DNA of 64,000 bases from an uncultured Phycisphaerales bacterium (GCA_963718665.1 OY970359.1:1120001-1184000), one strand, 5' to 3'. Counted from the stretch's first letter, positions 49,162 to 59,093 are shown. The notes: generated by a model not told the origin, from the letters alone. Translations and numbers: made by a program.

Positions 49162-50422
49162 AATTTTTGAAATAGCCCGACGAGAATATATTGATACCGT
49201 CAAAACCAAGACGTTTTTGATTAGCCTGCTGTTTACACCTGTTCTTATCGTAGGCATCGGTTTTTTCACGAGCAGAATTTCCCAGGTTGAGGGCGGCCGA
49301 CCTCCAGTCAAAGTGGTTGTAACGGACCTGACCACACAACTGGCGAGCCAAATAGAAGAAGCGATGAGCAAACATAACCAGTCAAATCCCAAAAGACAGA
49401 TTGTTTTTGAGTCGCTGCCGGCCCAGAACGATATTAACGCGGTCGAAGAACAAGGCAGAGAACAACTTCGTTCTGGTAAGGCCGAGGCCTATATCGTTAT
49501 TGACCAGAATACAATCGACGGCGCGGGCAGGACACATGTTTATACCTACAAATCGAAACCGACTATGATGGACGCAACATGGGCCGTCGAAGAATTTATC
49601 CGTAACGCCGTAGTTGCGCAGAGGTGCAAGGTTCAGAACGTTTCTCAAAAGCTTCTCGATGAGATTCGTAATGTTTCAATAGAGCAGGTCGAGATTGGGT
49701 CCGGTGCCAACGAGCAGCATGTGCAAAGCCAAGGTCAAACTACGGTCAAGATGATGGTCCCGTTCTTTTTCATGTTTATGATATACATGGGAATCATCGG
49801 CATAGGCCAGCAGATGCTGAGCAGCGTAATCGAGGAGAAAAATTCGAGGATTATCGAGATGCTGCTTTCGGCGGTTAGCCCGTTTGAGCTTATGGCGGGA
49901 AAGATTCTGGGGCTGGGCGCGATAGGCCTGACAATTATTGGCCTGTGGACAGCGGTGTCTTATGGCCCGATTCTGTGGCAGGGCATCAGCGTAGATATCA
50001 CCGGTAAGCTACTGTTTTGTTTTGTGGTTTATTATATTCTCGGGTTCCTTTTCTTCAGCGCACTGCTGGCGGCGATTGGCTCGGTTTGCAATACGCTAAA
50101 GGAAACACAGGAGTTTATGAGGCCCGTTGTTTTAATCCTGATATTTCCGATGATAGCGTGGTTCAAGCTCGTTCAAAGTCCCGACGGCGTTTTTGCCAGG
50201 GTGCTGTCGCTGGTTCCGCCAATATCGCCTTTGGTAATGCCTTTGCGGATTTCCGCGGGCTCAAACGTGAGCAATTTTGAGATTCTCGCTTCGATTGTTT
50301 TGCTGGTCGTGGCGGTATTTCTAATGATATGGCTGGCGGGCAAAATTTTCAGAACGGGCATCCTGATGTATGGCAAACGTCCTTCGCTGCGTGAAATATA
50401 CCGCTGGCTAAGGGCTTCTTAA
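49154..50422 (+). CDS. ABC-2 type permease (NatB/YhaP-like)
   Basis: IARREY...VKTKTF, SVIEEKNSRIIEMLLS, LMAGKILG, KIFRTGILMYGK. Confidence 0.9.
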   Translation: MRKIFEIARREYIDTVKTKTFLISLLFTPVLIVGIGFFTSRISQVEGGRPPVKVVVTDLTTQLASQIEEAMSKHNQSNPKRQIVFESLPAQNDINAVEEQGREQLRSGKAEAYIVIDQNTIDGAGRTHVYTYKSKPTMMDATWAVEEFIRNAVVAQRCKVQNVSQKLLDEIRNVSIEQVEIGSGANEQHVQSQGQTTVKMMVPFFFMFMIYMGIIGIGQQMLSSVIEEKNSRIIEMLLSAVSPFELMAGKILGLGAIGLTIIGLWTAVSYGPILWQGISVDITGKLLFCFVVYYILGFLFFSALLAAIGSVCNTLKETQEFMRPVVLILIFPMIAWFKLVQSPDGVFARVLSLVPPISPLVMPLRISAGSNVSNFEILASIVLLVVAVFLMIWLAGKIFRTGILMYGKRPSLREIYRWLRAS

Positions 50423-50453
50423 ACCGATAGCCCGCGAAAATGCAATTCCTCAT

Positions 50454-51203
50454 TTATATTTGTTTAACCGTTACATCGGGGCCACGGATGTAATTTGGTA
50501 TCAGGGTAAGCGGGTCGGCAAAATCTCCGAGTTGGGCTTTATGCAAGCCAAGTTTGTGAACATTCGCGGCGGAGGGATTCCAGAATTTTTCATCAAGCAC
50601 GCGGACGCTTTTATGAACGAATTTGTCTTTGTAGAAAACTAATCCTTCGCCAGTCAACATTATTGGTCTATCCGTGAACTGGGCGATAAATGCTTCCGCG
50701 GTTATCAGACAATCTGGAAAAATCTTGTGCCATATTGCGTCCTGGGTCTTTTCATAAACGGCGATAAAAAACTGGCCTCGTTTTGCGTCGAGGATTGTTG
50801 CCAAACGCTCGTTTGGCAACAACAGCGTACAGCGTACAGCGTTCGGCGTACAGGCAAGGTTAATCACATTGGCGGCGATACAATCGAGCGTATCGACGGC
50901 TACGATTTTAGAGTTATTGGCCAAAGCGAGCGTTTTTGCGAATGTTACGGCGATGCGCAGGCCCGTGAAGCTACCGGGACCTGCGGAGATATAGACGTGT
51001 TCGATTTGCTCCGGCTTTTTGTTAAATCTGCTCAATAAGCCGGTAATAGCGGGGAAAATTTCCGCGCTGTGGCGCATGGGGCCGGAGAAACACGTTTCCG
51101 CCAGGAGCTTATCGCCCTGTGCGAGCGCGACCGAACCTAATCGGCCGCTGGTCTCGACGGCCAGTATGAGAGGATTATCGAAATTGCCCGTATTTGTCGC
51201 CAT
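50454..51203 (-). CDS. tsaB: tRNA t6A biosynthesis protein TsaB
   Basis: ILAVETS, HS..IFPAI, GPGSFTGLRI, LDAKRGQ, L.PNYIR. Confidence 0.92.
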   Translation of the reverse strand: MATNTGNFDNPLILAVETSGRLGSVALAQGDKLLAETCFSGPMRHSAEIFPAITGLLSRFNKKPEQIEHVYISAGPGSFTGLRIAVTFAKTLALANNSKIVAVDTLDCIAANVINLACTPNAVRCTLLLPNERLATILDAKRGQFFIAVYEKTQDAIWHKIFPDCLITAEAFIAQFTDRPIMLTGEGLVFYKDKFVHKSVRVLDEKFWNPSAANVHKLGLHKAQLGDFADPLTLIPNYIRGPDVTVKQI

Positions 51204-51305
51204 TATGGTTCTACTCCCTTAATTCGGAAGAATAATCAGATGAGATAATACCCTCCGGACAAACATTGGGCAACCCTTCCGACAGGCGGCAAATCAAAAT
51301 CGGTT

Positions 51306-51340
51306 AAAAAAACAGGCCCGGAGGTTATTCTCCGGGCCTG
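51306..51340 (-). terminator. Intrinsic terminator
   Basis: caggcccggag/ctccgggcctg preceded by A7 on + strand. Confidence 0.8.
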
Positions 51341-51410
51341 AAATTCATCAAGAATACTGTTTTTTCACTAAGACCGTCTCATTACTTAATGATGGCGGGA
51401 TATCGTGAAA

Positions 51411-51884
51411 TTATTTCTTCTTACTGTTAGCATCCGCTGGTTTGTTCGGTTCGCAACTGTTCACATCTTTTGCGAGATCAATTGCGCAAAGCTTGCTCTT
51501 GTTCGGCTCAGCGGGCTTATTCGCATCGGCTGGCTTGTTCGGCTCGACATTTCTAGCTAAGGTGCCGAAATCGCTTGCGCTGATGATGGTTGCCTTGTTC
51601 GGCTCAGCCGGTTTCTTGGGCTCAACGCTGTTCGGGTCTTTCTTATGATGATGACCCTTCTTGCCTTTTTCACCGGGCTTATTGGCATCGGCAGCGTATG
51701 TGCCGAAATCGCTTGCGCTGATGATGGTGGTCTTATTCGGCTTAGCCGGCTTGTTTGCATCGGCGGGCTTATTGACATCACCTGGTTTATTGGCGTCAAC
51801 TTTCGCCGCAAGGCAGTTTGTCGCAGCAAAAGCGACAGTTACGACTGCCAGTACTACTAATAGTGTTCTTGTATTCATTCCCAT
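51411..51884 (-). CDS. Secreted repeat protein rich in DAN/EPN/DVN motifs
   Basis: Signal peptide; 12 [DE]-[APV]-N motifs; TIISASDFGT twice. Confidence 0.8.
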   Translation of the reverse strand: MGMNTRTLLVVLAVVTVAFAATNCLAAKVDANKPGDVNKPADANKPAKPNKTTIISASDFGTYAADANKPGEKGKKGHHHKKDPNSVEPKKPAEPNKATIISASDFGTLARNVEPNKPADANKPAEPNKSKLCAIDLAKDVNSCEPNKPADANSKKK

Positions 51885-52302
51885 ATCATCCTTAAAAATC
51901 TTGAGTAAAGTTCAGCCCGAATTGGCCAAGACACGTCCGGAAATTATATGCTTTTCCCTGGCAGGAGCAATAAAAATCTGAAAATTTCCGGCATTTTTTC
52001 TTATAGCCGGTAGAAAGGTGGGCGAACCTGCATTTTTAAGCTAAAAACGCGGTTTTGACTGATATAGTAGGAAACAGAAGTTAAAACTAAATAACCAGTA
52101 AATCGCCGAAAAATAATCCATATTGACTGCCGGAAAGTAACAGGACCTTAAAATAATTCGATTGTGAAGCGATGTGGGCGCATTATAATTCACGGGCCAG
52201 GGAAGGTTACAAAAGAGCTTAAAAACAAGAGATTTTTAAGTAAGGGATGGCAAATTATGAACACCCAAACCTTACTGGATTGCATTCTCGCTGTGTCGCG
52301 GG

Positions 52303-52372
52303 CTGGTGTCCTGTGTCTTAACTGTACGCTGAACGCTGCTCGCTGTACGCTACCCCCCCGCTGCCTGCTACG
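52303..52372. repeat. CGCTGTA-type heptamer repeats upstream of the R-M cassette
   Basis: ctggtgtcctgtgtcttaactgtacgctgaacgctgctcgctgtacgctac; similar to 19299-19350. Confidence 0.7.
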
Positions 52373-52471
52373 CAGGATATAATTGACGAAAGGCGGGGTT
52401 TGGGGTTGTTTTATTGTTAATAGTCAGTAAGATAAAGAAAAACAATAGTTTATGGTATGGAGACCGGATAA

Positions 52472-53614
52472 ATGATTACAGATACTCATAAAACTCCGAA
52501 AAAATCTCTCTTTGGAGAAGTTGCGGTCAATCGAACCGACAAGCCTTTGTTTGTGAACAAGACAAAGTTTATAGAAGCAATTCGACTATTCAAAGAGCAA
52601 GACAATCTTTCGAAACTTAGATATGCGGTATTGGATTTGCAAAGTAATCTAAACAGCGTGAAAGACGACAAGATAGGCGTTCTAAACATACACAGCAATG
52701 GAGACACAATCCAGGTTAGTCAGAGGCACCTGCTTGATCAGCTTGACCAAATCGCGGATTCGCAGACATTGGAGCGTGCAAAGTACTATACTGAGCGTCT
52801 TGAAAAAGCCATGACCGAAATCCGAACTAATAACATCAATGACATAAATCTTACGCGATGGAAAGAGTACGAAGACATCTGGACAGACAGTCTTTGGATG
52901 ATTGAAAAACGGGACAGTACGGGCGTTCATACGGCAGGGTATTGGGGCAACTTCATACCGCAAATTCCTAACCAGATGTTGAAGCGATACACCAAAAAAG
53001 GTGAATGGGTATTGGATCCTTTTGTTGGCTGTGGAACAACGTTGATTGAGAGCCAAAGATTAGGAAGAAACGGAATTGGCATAGAACTACAGGAAAGTGT
53101 GGCTAAAAGAGCAAGAGAACTGATTGGTTCAGAACCAAACAAGAACAGTGTCGTCGCCGAAGTTGTGACCGGTGACAGTACCGAACTGGATTATGCGGAA
53201 ACGCTTAGAAAAGTAGGGCAAAAATCCGTCCAAATGGTGATTATGCATCCGCCTTACTTCGATATTATCAAATTCAGCAAAGACCCCAGAGACCTATCGA
53301 ACACACCATCGGTTGAATCGTTTTTAAACAAAATGAACATGGTAGTTGAGGGAGCTGGCAAAATTTTAGACAAGGGACGGTATCTTGTTCTCGTGATTGG
53401 AGACAAGTATTCACGCGGTGAATGGATCCCGCTAGGATTCTTGACAATGCAAGAGGTTCTAAAAAAAGGATTTATGCTAAGAAGTATAATCGTAAAGAAT
53501 TTCGAGGAAACAACCGGTAAAAGAAATCAGAAGGAGCTCTGGCGATACAGAGCATTAGTCGGTGGATTCTACATTTTCAAACATGAGTACATATTTGTCT
53601 TTAAAAAGAAATAA
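52472..53614 (+). CDS. Amino (N4-C/N6-A) DNA methyltransferase with HPPY motif
   Basis: GNFIPQIP, VLDPFVGCGTT (motif I), IMHPPY (motif IV), FKHEYIFVF. Confidence 0.85.
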   Translation: MITDTHKTPKKSLFGEVAVNRTDKPLFVNKTKFIEAIRLFKEQDNLSKLRYAVLDLQSNLNSVKDDKIGVLNIHSNGDTIQVSQRHLLDQLDQIADSQTLERAKYYTERLEKAMTEIRTNNINDINLTRWKEYEDIWTDSLWMIEKRDSTGVHTAGYWGNFIPQIPNQMLKRYTKKGEWVLDPFVGCGTTLIESQRLGRNGIGIELQESVAKRARELIGSEPNKNSVVAEVVTGDSTELDYAETLRKVGQKSVQMVIMHPPYFDIIKFSKDPRDLSNTPSVESFLNKMNMVVEGAGKILDKGRYLVLVIGDKYSRGEWIPLGFLTMQEVLKKGFMLRSIIVKNFEETTGKRNQKELWRYRALVGGFYIFKHEYIFVFKKK

Positions 53615-53616
53615 GA

Positions 53617-54777
53617 ATGGCAGCAACTCACATTCTGACTGTTAATGCGCAGACGTTTAATGTTCACTTGAACTACATGTTTGCCGGTACTGGCAAGGAT
53701 AATGCCGAACATCAAGGTGGGGCACTGGCAGACATACTGGCCGTCCGTCCAAATGACAATATTGTATTTTATGTAATCGGTTACGGGTTTTACGGTTTTT
53801 TCAAAGTGAAATCTAAAAGTGGCCCGCTTGTTTTCTATGAGCACCCGAGAAATCAATACTTGAATAATGAATTGGCCCACAAAACGTTAACATACCGTTT
53901 TTTTATTGAGCCAAATCCGGCCGGAGTATACAAGAAAGGGGTCAATGAATGGGATGCTCTCGAAAATCCAGATAAAATATTAGATCAGAAAATCTATAAT
54001 ATGCAATGGTCTTGGATATTTAAGAAGTTAAAGGCCAATAGGGGGTGCGTTTCCATTCCTGAAGAGGAGTACCAACTTTTAAAGCAAATTATTGCAGTAA
54101 ACAATGAGATGCTCCCTTTTTCTAACCAGTTCCAATTTTCTAATGGGACTATCTCCCCATGCCATGAGATTTATAGGTACGAGGGAAACACCAATGTTAG
54201 CCCTCAACTTCGTGACGAACCTAACATGATTATAAAAGAAGAGGACTTGCGTATCTTCTTTTGTGCCAATGCTGGCCGTGATAGAATTCTAGATGAAATT
54301 TTACGTCCCAATGTTTATGGAATCGTAAAATTTATTGCCAATGAAGCAACCTGTTCTTTTGGCGAGAAACGTATTGATTTACTTTTTATTACAGACCAAA
54401 ATAAATGTCTTCTAATAGAACTAAAAAATAACTTCGATTTCGGAAAATCTTTTCTTGGCCAGATAGCTGGTTACGCTCGTTGGATTGCGTCATATAAAAG
54501 GCATTTGACTGATATATTGCCAGTATTTGTTTTGCCAGAACCTAGACCTTATCCCGAGAAAGGACATGGGGTTAAATTTAAATATCTTTCCCGAGAAGAT
54601 TATGACCAAGGAGTCTTTTCGCCATGGTATAAAGAGCAGATTGAACGCTGCCAGAATTTGAGGACAGAACTTCACCAAAAAAATATCCCGAAACTTACTG
54701 ATCTCCAGGTTGCTCTTTTTCGCAGGAACCCTAAAGGTATCTTACAGGGATTCACTTATCTTGACCCAGTTCTTTAG
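53617..54777 (+). CDS. Putative EVE/PUA-like domain plus NucS-type PD-(D/E)XK nuclease (candidate modification-dependent REase)
   Basis: N-terminal VRPND.IVFYV...GFYGFFKV; C-terminal E.DL...NE...RIDLL...IELK...GQI.GY. Confidence 0.6.
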   Translation: MAATHILTVNAQTFNVHLNYMFAGTGKDNAEHQGGALADILAVRPNDNIVFYVIGYGFYGFFKVKSKSGPLVFYEHPRNQYLNNELAHKTLTYRFFIEPNPAGVYKKGVNEWDALENPDKILDQKIYNMQWSWIFKKLKANRGCVSIPEEEYQLLKQIIAVNNEMLPFSNQFQFSNGTISPCHEIYRYEGNTNVSPQLRDEPNMIIKEEDLRIFFCANAGRDRILDEILRPNVYGIVKFIANEATCSFGEKRIDLLFITDQNKCLLIELKNNFDFGKSFLGQIAGYARWIASYKRHLTDILPVFVLPEPRPYPEKGHGVKFKYLSREDYDQGVFSPWYKEQIERCQNLRTELHQKNIPKLTDLQVALFRRNPKGILQGFTYLDPVL

Positions 54778-54806
54778 AATCAATAATATTGTATTTTGGA
54801 GAAATA

Positions 54807-55460
54807 ATGACAACACATCCATTCAATGAAGGGACAAAATTAGCCCAAGTGTTTACCATTTTAGCGGATGGGAAATGGCACTGCGGAAAACACGAATTGC
54901 CCGGCACGCAACCTGCAAAAGCAATTCAGATTATTCGGCAACACGGATTTTCCATTGAGAACAAAACAATTCTCTGTTCGACCTGCAAAGACAAAACAGT
55001 TCATCGTAGATTAGTATCAACAGAGCCCACTAACCAGTCATTTGTTAGGCAGCAGTTTCCGGCCCAGCTTAGAAAACGAATCTTACAGCATTACAATAAT
55101 ATCGAAGCAATTACATTGCGAGAAATGATACCTAACGAACTTGAAGTAGATCACAGATTTCCACAAGTCAGGTGGTCAAAAAACGAAACGTTTGATCCTG
55201 ACATGTCTGATAGCCAACTTCACAATAAATTTCAACTGTTGACACGTCAACACAATCTTTGGAAAAGCCGTTATTGTGAACATTGTGCGCAAACCGGAGA
55301 GCGAGGCACGTTTATCGGGATTAATTTCTTCGCTGTTGGTGGCCCAAAGTGGGATTCGCAGTATCCGACAGATGATGAGCGAGGATGCTATGGCTGTTTC
55401 TGGTATAACCCTGACGTTTGGCGAAAAGAACTAAACGTGCTTGTAGAGAAACGAAGATAA
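54807..55460 (+). CDS. Putative Zn-binding HNH Type II restriction endonuclease
   Basis: CSTC, EVDHRFP...FQLL..HNL.KSR.CEHC..TG.RG...GCYGCFWY.P..WR, reminiscent of NlaIII/IceA-like HNH REases. Confidence 0.65.
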   Translation: MTTHPFNEGTKLAQVFTILADGKWHCGKHELPGTQPAKAIQIIRQHGFSIENKTILCSTCKDKTVHRRLVSTEPTNQSFVRQQFPAQLRKRILQHYNNIEAITLREMIPNELEVDHRFPQVRWSKNETFDPDMSDSQLHNKFQLLTRQHNLWKSRYCEHCAQTGERGTFIGINFFAVGGPKWDSQYPTDDERGCYGCFWYNPDVWRKELNVLVEKRR

Positions 55461-55539
55461 AATTCCCCAAAAGTGACTGACGGCCTATTTTGTAAACGCA
55501 AATAAATCGGCAGAACAGGCGTTATGGGCACATTAAAAA

Positions 55540-55603
55540 CAGCGTTCTCTGCGTAATCTGCGTCTAAAAATTCTCTATGGCAAAACAATGTTAATCTGGG
55601 CAA
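55540..55603. repeat. About 9-bp-period repeat plus TGTTAATCTGGGCAA motif at the right edge of the cassette
   Basis: cagcgttctctgcgtaatctgcgtct; the 15-mer matches the reverse complement of 27197-27211 (14/15). Confidence 0.6.
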
Positions 55604-55625
55604 CTTAATCAGCCGTTTTTTCTAA

Positions 55626-55767
55626 ATTACCCATATCCCCAAAAAAATCTGGCGACTTTTGAAATATTTTTATTCCTTACAGCATAAGGGCTTATCGACT
55701 TTTGGGGCGAGCAAGGTTGTTTCGTAACTACTTAAAATGCACGAAAGTTTACCCTATATATAGAGGG
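55626..55767 (+). promoter_or_regulatory. Conserved 142-bp non-coding block upstream of HNH-AP2 (copy 2)
   Basis: Aligns with the reverse complement of 26924-27065. Confidence 0.85.
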
Positions 55768-55860
55768 GCGCATTGGCGACCCGAAGACAATTGCCCGATG
55801 TCGGAGGACGAGCCAATCTGTCATCTGTCCTCCGTCATCAGAATTTTGGGGGAGAGTATT

Positions 55861-56469
55861 ATGACTACTATCCAAATCAAAGTTCCAAACTGGCTCGACT
55901 TTATTATCACCTGTCCACTGCTCGCCTATCGCCTGTTCCATTACGGCGAGGTCTTTCGCAGGATTTACTTGGACGAAGGGTTATGGGCCATCGTGAATTT
56001 AAAAGATTACTACCGTTTTAGTTGTTTCAAATGGTGTATCGACGGTAAAAATGGCAGTTTCTATGCTGTAAGGGGAAAAAGAATCGACAAAGACAACGCC
56101 AAAATAGTGCGTTTGCACAGGGAGATTATGGATGCGCCCGATGGGCTTTTCGTTGACCATTTCAATCATAATGGCTTAGACAATCGCAGGAGCAATCTTC
56201 GACTCGCGACGCGAGAGCAGAATAACCGTAACTGCAGAAAACGCAAAGGATGCTCGTCGAAATTCAAAGGGGTGTGCCTTCCTAAAAATTCACGCGGAAC
56301 AAAACCCTGGCGCGGCTACATAAAAACCAACGGGCGGCGAATATCATTAGGGTATTTTGCGACGGAAATCGAAGCCGCAAAGGCGTACGATGCCGCAGCA
56401 AGAATGTATCATAAGGAATTTGCCCGCCTCAATTTTCCGGAGGAAAATTCACTGTCCGCTATACGCTGA
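55861..56469 (+). CDS. HNH endonuclease with C-terminal AP2 domain (copy 2)
   Basis: LHREIM...VDHFNHNGLDNRRSNLR; SKFKGV...LGYFATEIEAAKAYDAAA...FARLNFP; start set by SD GGAG and alignment to copy 1. Confidence 0.88.
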   Translation: MTTIQIKVPNWLDFIITCPLLAYRLFHYGEVFRRIYLDEGLWAIVNLKDYYRFSCFKWCIDGKNGSFYAVRGKRIDKDNAKIVRLHREIMDAPDGLFVDHFNHNGLDNRRSNLRLATREQNNRNCRKRKGCSSKFKGVCLPKNSRGTKPWRGYIKTNGRRISLGYFATEIEAAKAYDAAARMYHKEFARLNFPEENSLSAIR

Positions 56470-56711
56470 ACGCTGTCCGCTGTATATACCACGGCGAGTT
56501 CGCCCGGCTGAATTTTGCGGATTAGCGCTTCGATATTTTCTTGACAATTGGGGGGTTGTGGCTTTATTTGTCGTTTTCTTTCAAACATTTTACCGATAGT
56601 GTCAATAAGATATGTTATTTAAGACCCTGCGTAAAACGCCCGCCTCGCCGCGTAGCGGCGGGCGAGGTCTCGCCAGAGGCGGACGGAGAACGCAGAGAAA
56701 AACGAATATAT

Positions 56712-59093
56712 ATGGCAAAGACGAAAGCAAATACAAACGGCAAGTCGCTGGTGATAGTTGAGTCGCCGGCAAAGTCGCGGACTATCAATAAATATTTAGG
56801 CAGCGGCTTTGAAGTCAAGGCATCGATGGGCCACATCCGCGATTTGCCCGCGAAGGAATTCGGCGTTGACCTGGAAAAGGACTTTGACCCCACATATACG
56901 ATTATGCAGGGCAAGTCCAAAGTTGTCTCGGCTCTCAAGGCGGCGGCAAAGGACTGCAAAGACGTTTATCTTGCGACCGATATGGACCGCGAGGGCGAGG
57001 CGATTGCCTGGCATTTGGCGCATATACTCGGATTACCCGAGGATAAAGTTTATCGAGTGATATTCAACGCGATAACAAAGACGGCGATACAGCAGGCATT
57101 TGCCAATCCCGGGCGCATTGATATCGACAAGGTTATGGCGCAGCAGGCGAGACGCATACTCGACCGCATCGTTGGCTACCAGATAAGCCCGCTTTTGTGG
57201 AAGAAGGTTGCCAGGGGATTAAGCGCGGGGCGTGTGCAGTCGGTCGCGGTAAAAATAGTTGTCACACGTGAACGCGAGATACGCAGCTTCAAGCCGGAAG
57301 AATACTGGCTGATACCTGCGATTTTCACAACTGAACTGGGAAGTCATTACGGGCAAGAGTGGCAGGATTTTATCTCAAAGGGCGAAAAACCAGACCAGGG
57401 CCCTACCGTTGACCAGCAGAATAAGTGGCTCGCAGGGCACAATGCCTTCAAGGCGGAGATTCATAAGGTTGGGGATGAAAGTTTCAAGGCGTCGAATGAC
57501 CAGCAGGCAAAAAGAATCTACGAAGCCGTAAAAGATGCCAAGTTCAAAGTCGCACAGGTTGAAAAAAAGGAATCGTCATCCCGGGCTGGGCCGCCGTTTA
57601 TCACGTCAACGCTTCAGCAGGCGGCGTCGAATCGGCTTGGGTTTTCCACGAAACGCACGATGTCGATTGCGCAGCAGTTATATGAGGGCGTTGACCTCGG
57701 CGAAGAAATGGGCCGGCTGGGCCTGATTACTTATATGAGAACCGACAGCACATACATATCGCCCGAAGCGATTAATGATGCCCGCAATTTTATTCGCAAG
57801 CGTTTCGGCGACGCCTATGTTCCCGAAAAGGCGAATATGTTCGCCGACAAGAAGAACGCCCAGGCCGCCCACGAGTCAATCAGACCTACCGACGCCGACC
57901 TTATGCCCGAGGATATGCGTGCGCTTGTCAGCGAAGAACAGTATAAGCTTTATGATTTGATATGGCGGCGGTTTGTCGCCTGCCAGATGTCCGCGGCGAA
58001 GTGGGATGTAACGAATCTTGATATCGCCGCCGATACCGCGATTGGAAGGGTCCTGTACAAAACTACGGGCAGGGCGACTATTTTCGACGGTTTTACCAAG
58101 GTCTGGTCGCCAGGCGCATCGACTGCCGGCGAGCAGCAGCTGCCCCCCGTCAAAACCGGCCAAGCCCTTGCCGCGGTGGATATCAAAGCCGACCAGCATT
58201 TCACAAAGCCGCCCGCAAGATACACCGAGGCGTCATTAGTTAAGGCGCTGGAAAAAGAAGGCATCGGCAGACCAAGCACATACGCCAGCATCATCAGCAC
58301 AATCCAGGACAGGGAATACGTCGAGCAGAGAGAAAAGAAGCTCTATGCCACGGACCTCGGCGAGGTGGTAACCGACAAGCTCGAAGAATACTTCCCCAAG
58401 GTAATGGATTTGGCGTTTACTCGCTATATGGAAGAGCAGTTGGATAAAATCGAGGAGCAGCATCTCGACTGGGTTCGAGTTTTGAATGAGTTTTACGGCC
58501 CGTTCAAGAAAAGTATGGAAACCGCTACCTCGGATATGAAACACGCAAAGGCCGAGACTACGCCGAGCCAATATGAATGTCCCAAATGCGGTTCGCCATT
58601 AGTTTATCGTTTCGGCAAAAAAGGCAAATTCCTGAGTTGTTCCAGCTATCCGGAGTGCAAGTTCGCCTGGCAATGCGACAAGGAGGGCAAAATGGTCGAG
58701 CAGAAAGTCAGCGAGCACAAATGTCCCAACTGCGGCAAGCCGTTAGTTCACAAAAACGGGCGATTCGGCCCATTCCTCGGATGCAGCGATTATCCCAACT
58801 GCAAGACGATAGTTAAGCTTGATAAGGAGGGCAATATCGCGCCGCCGAAGCCGCCTGCTGAGCCGACGGGATTAAAATGTTATAAGTGCCGGGAAGGCGA
58901 GCTTGTTATCAGGCAGAGCAAGAAAGGCCCGTTTATGGGCTGCAACAGGTTCCCTCGCTGCCGGACGATAGTCAGCATCAAGCAAAAGGAGAACCTGCTG
59001 AAGCTGCAATCGGAAGGCAAATGGCCGCCAAAAACGGCTGATGCCGCTGACGAGCTTCTCGGCAGGAAAAAGACGGCAAAAGCCGAGACATAA
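56712..59093 (+). CDS. topA: DNA topoisomerase I
   Basis: LVIVESPAK, ATDMDREGEAI, SAGRVQS, ITYMRTDS, GIGRPSTYA, three C-terminal Zn ribbons. Confidence 0.97.
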   Translation: MAKTKANTNGKSLVIVESPAKSRTINKYLGSGFEVKASMGHIRDLPAKEFGVDLEKDFDPTYTIMQGKSKVVSALKAAAKDCKDVYLATDMDREGEAIAWHLAHILGLPEDKVYRVIFNAITKTAIQQAFANPGRIDIDKVMAQQARRILDRIVGYQISPLLWKKVARGLSAGRVQSVAVKIVVTREREIRSFKPEEYWLIPAIFTTELGSHYGQEWQDFISKGEKPDQGPTVDQQNKWLAGHNAFKAEIHKVGDESFKASNDQQAKRIYEAVKDAKFKVAQVEKKESSSRAGPPFITSTLQQAASNRLGFSTKRTMSIAQQLYEGVDLGEEMGRLGLITYMRTDSTYISPEAINDARNFIRKRFGDAYVPEKANMFADKKNAQAAHESIRPTDADLMPEDMRALVSEEQYKLYDLIWRRFVACQMSAAKWDVTNLDIAADTAIGRVLYKTTGRATIFDGFTKVWSPGASTAGEQQLPPVKTGQALAAVDIKADQHFTKPPARYTEASLVKALEKEGIGRPSTYASIISTIQDREYVEQREKKLYATDLGEVVTDKLEEYFPKVMDLAFTRYMEEQLDKIEEQHLDWVRVLNEFYGPFKKSMETATSDMKHAKAETTPSQYECPKCGSPLVYRFGKKGKFLSCSSYPECKFAWQCDKEGKMVEQKVSEHKCPNCGKPLVHKNGRFGPFLGCSDYPNCKTIVKLDKEGNIAPPKPPAEPTGLKCYKCREGELVIRQSKKGPFMGCNRFPRCRTIVSIKQKENLLKLQSEGKWPPKTADAADELLGRKKTAKAET

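Noticed and set aside
55702..55860. Upstream extensions predicted by the ORF track (HNH-AP2 from 55702, topA from 56541, PPIase from 24586)
   Set aside because: Downstream ATGs fit the homologous N-termini and mostly have SD sequences; the 55702 extension runs through the conserved non-coding block.
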